Below, one piece after another: positions 10,285-20,682 of a stretch of 64,000 nt of DNA. The notes below the pieces were generated by a model. The model was not told the origin of the DNA. It searched no databases and worked only from the letters and a program-made list of their open reading frames with translations. A program made the translations under genes and the position numbers. The number at the start of each line of letters is the position of its first letter. The first letter of the stretch is position 1. Source of the DNA: Eledone cirrhosa (lineage: Eukaryota); NCBI GenBank assembly GCA_964016885.1, contig OZ024741.1, positions 392,088,001-392,152,000 of the forward strand. The letters run 5' to 3'.

Positions 10285-12597
10285 TTAGCTGTATACTTTA
10301 TGGAATGTTCTGTGAAATTTATGCAAGCAGAGAGAAAATAAATCCGTGCGTCTATTTATTATAGAATTGAAATTAGATATAATGGTAAATTTCTCGGCTA
10401 GGCAGAGATTACATGTTCTAGATAGGGAAGAATTCAAGTAAGGAAAGGCAGAACAAACCTTCCTCCAAGAGATGTTATAGTTAATATTTTTGTCTTTCAA
10501 GGACCATATGAGTTCCGAGAGTGCCGTGTTAGTTCTTTTAAGTTGGTATCTAAAAGACTAATTGTGATTATAAAATCCAGCTTTGAAGGAAGTGGAGGTG
10601 GAACCTAAATAGGTAAAGGAATTGGTATCAGTTATAACCTTACATTCATAGACTAAGTTTTTATCAAGACAATGGTTATTAAGAGGACATTTAGTTCTAA
10701 CAGGGCAATTACAATTACGATTAGAGAAATTAACAGAGTTATTAACAAGTGACCTAGTGTTATTTATAGAAGGAATTGGATTGGGGAAGTTATTTACGAT
10801 AGGAATAATAGTTTCCTGATTTAGATTGGTATTATGAACAATCAACGAAGTTACGTTTGACGTCGCATTTAAGTTTACAGAATCTAGCCTAGAGTTAACA
10901 ATGACATCGGGAGTACTACTGCTATTATTATGACGCTCAGTGTTGGAAGGAAGAGATTTAGTATTTAGTATTTTATTGTTGTGTTTAGAGATAATGTTAG
11001 AGATGTTGGAAGAGGTGGAATAAGAAAATGTTATTGTTTGTTTGTTAAAGATTTTACTATAGATATGTGAGGGAGGGAAGCATTTATCTAAGGCCCTAAA
11101 GAATAGTTCAGGAATATTATTATTAATAGAAATAGAGAAAGGAGCATTATACCAGATTATATTTTTGTATCTAGGTCTTTTATTTAAGTTATTGGAATGT
11201 TCATAATTAATTATTTTACTGTAAGACCTTCTAGGATTGGTTTCTTTACTGTATTTAATTTTATCAAGATAACCGGCTTTAGAAAGCGCATTATTATAGT
11301 AATTGGCGTTAGCATCGAAGATATCTTTATTAGAGGATAGGTTTGAGATTCTTTTTCCAATATTACTGACTATAGCATTTTTAATGTTAGTGGGGTGGTT
11401 ATATTTAAAATTAACATAATTTAGATTCTCATTGTTTTTATGGTAAGGGTAATATAGGCCAGTGTCAAGATTAAGGGATATATCCAAGAAGTTAGCTAGT
11501 TTGACGTTGTTATCAAATTCAATTTTAAGGTTATGTTGCTTAAAGAGATCACGTATATTGTTCTTAATAATATTAAGGTTAACTAAGTTGCAGTTTAAGA
11601 TAGTAAAAAGTTCATCGTCACGATAAATTTCACCGCGAAGTTGAGGAATTTTCCGATTTAAAGAATTCAAAATAAAAATACCAATCAAATCAGTCAATTG
11701 CGATGAATCGGAAGCACCCATTGTGATATCAAAGTTGTTGGAAGTATCGGCTCTAGTCCAGTATTGATTGTTGAATTCTAAGATAGTTTTTCTTGCGTAA
11801 AGTTCATCTGTGGTGATGTCAGAATATTTAAATGCGAAAGATAGAGCGTTGTTGAGAAGTGAAGGCGAAATAGAAGAATAGTAGCTGGCAATATTAAATT
11901 GAATAAATTTTTGTTTGTTTTTCTTATTCAGGTTGTTGAACCAGCCAATTACTTCAGATGTACCAAACCATAAATTTAAGTTAGAAATAGAGCAATTAGA
12001 ACGAACCTGTGGGATAATTCTATCCAAGTTGGCTTTACTAACAACCCTCGGGTCTGATTTAGAGGGGGCGATTAGTCTAACAGGCAATTCCGTTCGAAAA
12101 TTACTTTTATGATCCTTGAGATTTATCCTCGGAGTTCTTGGGAGGAAAAGTTTAGACATAATCTCAGAAGCTTCAAAGTTTATAGATTCCAAATTGTCAT
12201 GGTTAGTTTTACGATAATTCTTCCTTAGTTCCTTAAGGATAAGGTTATTATAGTTATCCCTAGATACGCCATATAAATTATTAGTTTTGTCGGAGTGGAC
12301 TAAGACATTTTTAGAGAAATTATGGTTTAAAATCGTATTCCTGAGATTTACAAGGTGCTCTTGTCCTCTGTAAGGGTTTCTCTTGAATTTAAGACTTCTT
12401 ATAATATTAGTTAATTCTTCCTCGAACTGCACTAGATTTTTGTTAGAAGGAGGATTTCTTCTAGAGTTAAATAAATGATCAAGAAAGTTATGTTCCTTAG
12501 TATAGAAATTTCCTTTTTGGCGCTGGTCGTGGAAAAAAGCTATCCATCTAAGCCTTCTCACAAAGAGTCAGTTTTTTCAATCAGAAGTTTAGTGAAT
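10285..12597 (-). pseudogene. PLE RT-GIY-YIG ORF copy 2, disrupted
   Basis: LLIEKTDS/RRLRWIAFF N-terminus, SDKT, KDHK; FNIASYY (catalytic D to N), YRDDEL, small in-frame deletions relative to copy 1, reading frame broken near 10560; ends CNLCLAEK..HKVYS*. Confidence 0.92.
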
Positions 12598-12639
12598 TTT
12601 GCATTGCTTTATTGTGCTACAATAAAACTCACCTCCTAC

Positions 12640-12671
<32 letters not shown>

Positions 12672-12674
<3 letters not shown>

Positions 12675-12906
12675 TTCAAATATTAATAAAATAGATGTTC
12701 TTGTGATCAATTAAATTTTATTATACATATTTCAGAGGTACTTGAATCAGGTTCAACAGTACGTCCTCATCAGATAAAATAAAATGATACATGGCATACT
12801 CTGAGATGTTAGATGGTTAATAACTCTGGAAAATATTTTCTGTAGAGTGATTCCAATCTACTGTAAAACTCATTCTTTGATGTACTCATTGAATCTTGTT
12901 TAACTC

Positions 12907-12910
<4 letters not shown>
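12672..12910 (-). mobile_element. Short PLE 3'-terminal fragment between two (TA)n tracts
   Basis: Homologous to 4630-4770 and contains HHR4. Confidence 0.7.
12715..12780 (-). ncRNA. Minimal type I hammerhead ribozyme motif (HHR4)
   Basis: Minus strand: ATTTTAT-CTGATGA-GGAcGTACT..TTGAA(loop)TTCAAGTACcTCT-GAAA-TATGTA-TA-ATAAAAT. Confidence 0.85.

Positions 12911-12997
<87 letters not shown>
12911..12997. repeat. (TA)n microsatellite
   Basis: About 43 TA units. Confidence 0.97.
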
Positions 12998-13001
<4 letters not shown>

Positions 13002-13276
13002 TATATATGTATATAAGGGAAGACTTTTGCCATACGACTTCTCCTTGCCAAGGTTCGACAACACAGACACATAGCACTTGCTGTTGCGTCTTCCGTTATT
13101 GCAGCAACCTTGCTTCCTGGGGGCAGGACAGCACATTCAGCCTTCAAACTCCCCCTCAATATGACAGAAAATGACACACCCTGCTGTAATATTACCAAAG
13201 GATCAGAAAAGGCAGAACTGCTTAAAAGGTGTGAACTTATAGTTTGGGACGAATGTACCATGGCTAATAAAGGAGC

Positions 13277-13748
13277 TTTAGCAGACGATATGAGTGTTTT
13301 AATGTAGTAACAAAGTTGTTAGAGGAGATAATGTAATTGTTATAACGCCACGAGTAATCAGTTTGGTAGAAAGATGTGTTAGTCATATCGACAAACGAGT
13401 AACTTGATAACAACGTCAACAAGAAGAATGTTCGTGAGATGAAAAGTATGTTTATTTGTTGTGGCACAAAGTAATGTTTGTTAAATGATATGATTGTAGT
13501 TCAACCTAAAAAGGTTACAAAAGGAATGTGCCATTGTGCTAGGCCCGAGGCAGGCCAAAGTGCAAAATCTTACCGTTACATGTTGTACGTGTTGTCCCTT
13601 CAAAGTTCAGGATGCGAGAGGCTGGTTCTTCAAATCCTCGCGGGGAATTTCTCCCTCAGAGCGCGTAGGGATACATTCTCTTCTACTGGCGCTGAGCCAA
13701 ATCACGTACAGAGAATGTATGTGAGCCCGCGGAATGTAGGTCACTACA
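13277..13748 (-). repeat. Predicted 3' LTR (472 bp)
   Basis: Begins TGTAGTGA right after PPT CTAGAGGGGGAGTAT; last 68 bp match the 5' LTR remnant. Confidence 0.7.
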
Positions 13749-15149
13749 ATACTCCCCCTCTAGTCGTAAGACGATACAGATTATTGAATCAGCAGGAAAA
13801 AAATGCTGAAAGAGCACATCAATGAAAAAATTGAACAAAAGAATGCATGCATGCAAGAAGAAAAATGAGGCGCTAAGGGCCGTGTTGAGCCGCTGTGTCA
13901 AATGACTAGCTGTTTTGCTATTTATACGTAACCACTAGGGGTCTAACAGAAAACGGATAAAGTCTGACATGGACGAAGTTGCTGTTCTTGCATTAAATGT
14001 TAATGGTAAGTGTTGTACCAGTAGCTGTGGATGAAGCTATTATGGTAGTTTACCAGTGTTGGCAAGAAGATGATGGGTAGGTGAGAAAAAGTCGGCCTCC
14101 CAGATGTATTGCCGAAAGTGCTAGGCAGCCAGGAAAAAATGGCTGGTTGCTTTGAAAAGTAAAAAGCAAGTTGAATCTGTAGGTGGGTAGTAGTTGCAGT
14201 GTAAATTCCATAATTCTGGCGAATCCATAGAAGTGGTGGAAATGCTGACAGGTTCAGTTCCATTTGCTGTTTTCCCAGTGAATCGGGTAAAGTAACAAGA
14301 TGGAGGTTGTTATGCTATAGGACGATGAGTGTGCAACGAGATGCGAACTGTTTGAATCCAGCTGCATTTAGCAGTTCTCGTGTTGCGGTGCCTGTTTGAG
14401 TCCAGGTGAATTAAGCTCTATGAGTCGCTAGCATGTGTCGGCACCTCAACCAGGTGAAAAGGGATCTCGCAGAATATTACGTTTGAAGAACATATACTAA
14501 CAACAACATGTTGGTGTGTGTCAAAGAAATGTGTGTGCATATGCAGGCATGTAATACAGCAAAGAATGTGTGGGTGCAGTCATATATACAATGATAAGGA
14601 AAATGATGCAGTCATATATACAATGATAAAAAATTTTTTTTTCATATAATGCAGTTCTAAAAGAATTTAGTCCGGACATTGCCTGTAAATAGAGAAATAA
14701 ATAAATAATTGTTTCTTGAAACAAAGTTCACTTTTTCTTTTCTTTGGGATCGCTCTTACTAGGAAGCTAGTAGAGTTGTTGTTGTTGTTGCTGTTGTTAA
14801 AGCAAAGTCACAGTGAATCTTCTGTAGAATCGAAGTCGAGCGTTGAAGAACCTAGAGTCACCAATATGCCAGTCACGTCTGACGCCATAGTGGTGAGAAG
14901 ACTGATGTCTTAATTTCTCGAGTCCCTGTGGTAACGAGACAGAAGGTATGGTGCTTGCGTCGGTAAAGTTACAAGGCTGCCACATCGCTATTCCCTGTTG
15001 TTGGTTAGTAGTTAACCATGTGTTGTCGCTGCTGCTGATATATTTGGTAGTGGTGATAGCCATTTTGAAATTTCCTCGTGGCGAAAATTTTTTAAAATAC
15101 TGCTAATTTTTATTTATTTTAAAAGGAATATTTTGTATTTACAATATTC

Positions 15150-15166
15150 ATCACGTCAGGTCACCA
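15150..15166 (-). other. Primer binding site, tRNA-Trp-like
   Basis: TGGTGACCTGACGTGAT, 1 nt after the LTR end, versus canonical Trp PBS TGGTGACCCCGACGTGAT. Confidence 0.8.
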
Positions 15167-17529
15167 ATTTAGCAGGCGATATGAGTGTTTTAATGTAGTA
15201 ACAAAGTTGTTAGAGGAAATAATGTAATTGTTATAGAGTTTTGGAGGCACTGGACCGGACTTCAAGAGACATAAGAGACTCCCAGTATCCCATGGGAGGC
15301 GTGGCTGTCCTTTTATCCGGAGATTTTAGACAAACCCTCCCTGTTATTCCTAAAGGAACAATGGCTGATGCTATTCGAGCATGCTTAAAGTCATCTCCGC
15401 TTTGGCGTTATGTCACAACATTAACGCTCTCTACGAACATGAGAGCTCGGATGCTTGGTGACCAAGTGTCAGATTTTGCTACCAACCTATTGACACTTGG
15501 GAACGGCAAAGTGCCACTTGATGAAGATGGAAAAATCTCCCTCGAACCGGTCTGCGCTTTAGTCGACAGTGCTGACGACTTGACAGATGCAGTATTCCCT
15601 GAGTTGAGCACTAACTACCAAAATCCAAACTGACTGTGCGAAAGGGCAATACTGGCTCCGAAAAATGAGACTATCGACAAAATCAACGGTCAACTGCTTA
15701 AGTCTCTTCCTACAGCTTCGTGTACATACAAGTCCATCGATACAGTCACAGACCCCATTAACTACCCAATTGAGTTTCTTAACTCATTGAACCCCTCCGG
15801 GTTGCCATCTCATCGATTGGAACTTAAGCAAGGATGCCCAATTATACTTTTGAGGAATCTACACCCACCAAAACTTTGCAACGGCACCCGCCTTACAGAA
15901 AATAAACTAATGCAAAACTTGATCGAGGCAACGATTCTCTCGGGGTGTGGAAAGGGGGAAAATGTTTTTATCCCAAGGATTCCCGTTTGTCCGTCAACAT
16001 CAGAGATCCCCTTTTCATTTAGGAGGCTCCAGTTTCCAGTTCGTTGTAGTTTCGCTATGACGATAAATAAGTCTCAGGGGCAAATATTGTCCGTCGCGGG
16101 AATAAACCTAGAAGAGCCATGTTTTTCGCACGGTCAGCTATACGGTGGATGTTCCAGAGTGGGAAGCAAAAGAAACCTTTATGCATTTGCTCCGAACGGT
16201 AAAACCACAAACATTGTGTACCAAGAAGTTCTGTAATCAACACTGCGACACAAACCGTCTTCTAACAATCAAATACCTCGCTGCTTTCAATAATTACCAA
16301 ATTGTAGACATACTGCCTTTTTGAAATTCATAACACCATACATTTTCGACTGTAAACGTTGTGACCACTTTGGGCTGCACGGTATTGAAATGCACGTTCC
16401 TCTTTGGTTGATGGAGCCAGTTTTCCATGGATTCGCCAGCGCGTGCAGCAGGCGTTGATTCACATGTCTTTGCTGCCGCAGTTGACGCTGTGTTTCGGTT
16501 GATACAGCTCGAGCTGCGGAAGTTGACTCCCATTTCTATACCGCCGTAATGAACGCTGTGGTTCGTTCTCTGCATCTCCTGCAATAGACGTTGCCTCAAT
16601 ATTAGCTTTCTGTCGCAGTGAGGGTTGAGAATCGTTTTCTACACCTCAAGCAGCAGCAGTTGCCTCAGCATTTATTTGCTGTCGCATCGAACGTTGTGTT
16701 TTGTTTTCTGCATCTCGTGCAATAAAAGTTGCTTCAGCATTTTTCTTTTGGCGTAATAATCGCTATTCGTTATTCTCTGTTACTTTTGCAATCGAGGTTG
16801 CTGCAGAATTTGTGTTGAGAAATTTTGAGCGTCCTTCATGTTTGGTCTATGTCACTGCAATCAGTCTAAGGAAAGCAACGTCACAGTTTCTATTGGCAGC
16901 CACAACTATACAGAATGGTAAGCATTTCAAACTACATAAATCATTAGAATGCCTACATATACGCAATGCATAACGAAAAATTTACATGTTTCTACTGTAG
17001 CAAACGTATGGTACCCCCCCCCCCCCTATTTGTACCTTTCACTCAAAGTCGTCATACATTATCTCCATCATCCCGCAACGACTTTAGTCCCTGAATTGCC
17101 AAACATCCCACATTATTGTCATAAATTCCATGTGACTCACTTTTGGGCTGCTGACTTCCTTGTGGCATAGTTAGCGTTTGGAGCTTCACCGCGTCAACGT
17201 CACGCTTTTACACTCATTCACCTTTCATATGCCATAACATTTTATCGTTTTTACACCGAACAACACATACTTCTTATGGTTAAAAATAAATGTTTTTTGG
17301 GGGGTTCGTGCTACATTGTTTTCTCTTTAAAAAAATTATTTACTAATGGTAGACTTACACCCGGGCAACGCTGGGTATGGCTGCTAGTAGTTTATATATA
17401 TATATTTTTTTTGCTGACTAGTAATCTTCTATGTTTAAAATAAAGATCCAAAGAAACTTTAGGAACAAAAGAAAGTTATGGTTTAAGTGTGTGTTTGTTC
17501 CGACACTAATTTAAAAGTACCGACAGCCT

Positions 17530-17539
17530 TATATAAAAG
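17530..17539 (+). promoter_or_regulatory. Candidate TATA box for DHDH
   Basis: TATATAAAAG about 80 bp upstream of the ATG; alternatively TTTTAACAG at ~17577 is an acceptor for an upstream UTR exon. Confidence 0.3.
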
Positions 17540-17612
17540 GAGAACCTTATCACCGATTTATTTAATATTTTTAACAGCTCTACCAACGAAGTTGAGAAGT
17601 TCGTTTGAAACA

Positions 17613-17696
17613 ATGCGTTGGGGAATCTGCTCAGCTGGTTTGATTGCAAGAGATTTCTGCAATGCTTTGCAGTGTTTGAATTCTTCAGAGCACATC
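17613..17696 (+). CDS. DHDH: Dihydrodiol dehydrogenase (Gfo/Idh/MocA family), coding exon 1
   Basis: MRWGICSAGLIARDFCNALQCLNSSEHI (Rossmann start typical of DHDH), then donor GTAAGT, phase 0. Confidence 0.88.
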
Positions 17697-19389
17697 GTAA
17701 GTTGATTAGTTAATATATTTTAACTTCATTAAATGATACTCTTCACTAATTGTTAAAATACTAGTTAAGTACTAGGGTTGATTTACTCGACTTTCTCCTT
17801 CCCCCAAATTACTGTCTTTGTATAAAAAAAATCGAAGTAATTATTTACAACTACGATCGAAAGTATTCCAGCTGTGGCCTTCCCGTCTTTTCTTTAACCT
17901 AGATGTAGCCTACATTATATATTTCTTTTTTAAAGACTGTAAGGTGCGCTACGAGGTCGAGCGACAACGCAAAGGTTCTCTTGTAAAACAGCGTAACTTT
18001 GCAAGTATTATTTACCAGGAATATGGTACAAACGAATTTAAAGACCTAGTTTTCGGTAAAACATTTAACATTTTCTGTTATGCAACAGTCCTATTAATGA
18101 TTTCTTACACAATGGTGTATAATCGAATAAATCGAATTGATTGCTACTACTAAGCTGTCGTTTTATTTTACCGAAACTCGAAAGTGCAAAGGTGAAAAAA
18201 AATTAACCCAGGCTGAATTTGAATGTAAAGAAACTTAATTAAAGACAGTTAACAAATTTTACACGCAATGTCTTCTTTATACACTTACTTTTAACAAACC
18301 TGCTTTACTCTCATTTCTTCCTACTTACAGGAAGCCCCAGGGAGGGAAATTGTGGTTAAGAATGGCCGTCACTGTCAAAGTTATATATAAGAATTTACTG
18401 CACGTTCATTTTAATTACCCAGAAAACTTTATTGTTCCTTAACATTTCGTGCAGATAGGATGGTTAAAAATGAGACTGGTAACTGTTTTTTATTCAGTTT
18501 TGCTAACAACATGGACAGCTGATAAATGAAAGATAGTGAGAAATGTATGTAGCTGACATAGTAGGGAAAGGAAAGTGAGATAGAGCCAGACAGAAAATGT
18601 GAGAAGTGTCAGTGTGATATTTACTTTCTGTGTGATACTGCTCTGCGTTGGAGAGGGCTCCGACTAGGAGATGGTACCGCTATACTCCTTCCATTTTCTT
18701 CTACCCTTCCTCCTCATCTCACTCTCTCTTGCCTGTTCTCACAGGCAACATATTTGTAAACATTAACATTTTGAGACCACCGTCTAAAAATAACGGATGG
18801 AAAGCGGGGACAAGTGAAACAGAAGTAGAGGAAAACTTATTTTAATAAGTACAACTGTCGGAGCCTTGAGGCGGCTGATTTGCCATCACAAATGGAGTCT
18901 GTCGGCCTTGACCCTAAATCTCTAATCTAGGACGCCACGGGCCGCGACAAGTTCGCAATCCACAAACCTAGACACTGCCGTTCGTAAAGACGAATATTAT
19001 CGGAATTTCACCTGTCACCGCCGAGAGCTCTGGTGTCCTCAGTCCCCGAACTGACGTTTTCCTCTGCAAAATTGGGAGGGATATATCTCGCGGTGGGGTA
19101 GAGTGGCTGATGAAGCGGGTGCCGCTCCGCAGAAATGTCTTCGCCATTTTGTACGCGGGGCATATTCCAACTAAACCGAGTTGTTGAGCCTGCCGTTCCC
19201 CCATTCCCTTAATTTTCGCTTTTTTTTTCATTTTTAATGTAAACATTATATTCTCCAAATGAAATTTTTTGAACAAAAGGGAATTTAACAAAAGTTTTAT
19301 TTACAATTGTATAAATAACATTACAAATTGTTCACAATTCTTTCAGAATGAAAATACAAACACATATAATAAATACAATGTGTATAAGA

Positions 19390-19750
19390 TTGGGCTTGCA
19401 ATCGAAGGGTTCAATTCTCAAACCGAGTGATGTGTTGTTTCCTTGAGCAAGACATTTTATTTCACATTGCTCCAGTTTACTCAGCTGTAGAAATGAGATG
19501 ATAGGGACCCCAGTCCCTATCATCTCATTTCCGCTTCAAAGTGGTCGTGGAGGTGCCACGGCAAAAAAGCACCCAGCCCACACTGTAAAGTGGACGTGTA
19601 GGCGCCACAGAAAAAAAGCACCCAGCACTCACTGTAAATGAGGTTGGTGTTAGGAAGGGCATCCAGCTGTAGAAATCAAGCCAGAATCAGTTCCCGTCCC
19701 ACCCTTGTAAGCAGGGGAAAGCGGACGTAAAATGATGATGATGATGATAA
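19390..19750 (+). mobile_element. SINE family 2 (CORE-like body, RTE-type tail)
   Basis: GGTTCAATTC B box, CCTTGAGCAAGAC core, TAGGAAGGGCATCCAG, tail GGACGTAAAA(TGA)n; near copy at 30241-30490. Confidence 0.8.
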
Positions 19751-20682
19751 TAATATAATAATATAATTCATTGAACAAAATGATAAAGGAAAGAAAAAAG
19801 AGGGGGATGGTACAATTCACCACCAAGTGCATCAATCGGCTGCATCTCATACCTTAGGGGTTAACTACACACTTTGAGGCAAGCCAACACGCTCGCAGCA
19901 TTACCACAGGTAATGATGAGGTTAAGGCGCTGAAACATCGAGGTACCCTCACGGGCATCACCTGACACCTCAGTAAGATGAGCCGCCAGTGATGAATAAA
20001 ATCTATTCATGTTAAAAAAAAATCACAGACAAAAGAGAAAAAACAAACTATATTTACATATTCAGTGAAAAGGAACTATGACTTGATACACTTTGGGTAA
20101 ATTGTTACTATTACACCCGTTGCGCTTTGGAGGCAAAATTTATATTTTTCCTATGGCTGTTGATGTTTCGAACGTATATGGCCTCGAAAACTATCGGAAA
20201 CTTCATAATCTTTATATTAATTTCAACAACGTCATTATTCCGTGTGTCATAATTCTCGATTATCATTGGTTCATAGGTTTCAAGCGACTCCGCCCACCTC
20301 AACGACGCCAAACTGAAATTAATATGCATAATACCAATGAGGGAGTGAGAGGGGAGAGTTTGAACGCTGTGTTTGATACACTATGTATATGTGTCAGTGT
20401 AGAGACGTGTGTGTGTGATGTGTGTGGAAATAAGAGGGAACGAAAGCAATAACTATTAACATATGTGCGTGTGTATGTACGTGCGCGTATGTTTATGTGT
20501 GTGTGCGTGTGTGCAGTGTTCCACAGAAAGTAAAAACTATCAACATGTGTGAATGTACGTGTGCAAGTTTGCGTGAGTGTGCGCGTTTCATGCGTGTATG
20601 TGTGTGGCGTTCCACAATCGCCACGCAGTTTATCTGTCTGTGTGCCTGTCTGTCAGTCTAACATACACAGAGTTGTGAAGGG

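Larger units (their letters stand above)
8835..12640 (-). mobile_element. Penelope-like retroelement copy 2 (Naiad-like), near full length, defective
   Basis: Inverted paralogue of copy 1; bounded by (TA)n on both sides; SINE inserted in the 3' UTR. Confidence 0.9.
13277..15235 (-). mobile_element. Non-autonomous LTR retroelement (tRNA-Trp PBS; Ty3/Gypsy CsRn1-like signals) inserted in Helitron A
   Basis: 68-bp direct repeat at 13277-13344 and 15168-15235; TSD GAGC/GAGT; PBS at 15150-15166; PPT at 13749-13763 followed by TGTAG; removing it restores KGALEALDR. Confidence 0.8.
13016..17387 (+). mobile_element. Helitron A, 5'-truncated; Pif1-like helicase pseudogene (13016-13276 and 15240-16236) with intact 3' end
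   Basis: GKT, AATLLPGGRTAHS, IVWDE, GDFRQTLPV, LCNGTRL, FAMTINKSQGQ, FSHGQLY..SRV; 3' hairpin ACCCGGGCAACGCTGGGT and CTAG at 17384-17387 followed by T. Confidence 0.9.

Noticed and set aside
5983-12597. Selenocysteine recoding as reported for some Naiad PLEs
   Set aside because: No in-frame TGA at conserved Cys positions and no SECIS recognised; breaks are ordinary lesions
13277-15235. Integrated circular virus or Polinton fragment
   Set aside because: PBS, PPT-TG and 4-bp TSD explain it better as an LTR element; no viral protein motifs recognised
18900-18935. GACCCTAA as a telomerase RNA template
   Set aside because: Does not match a 1.5-repeat CTAACCCTAA template and no supporting pseudoknot or H/ACA box was seen
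19905-19950. Hammerhead-like ATGATGA..GAAAC
   Set aside because: C3 missing, weak stem II and no valid stem III or cleavage triplet
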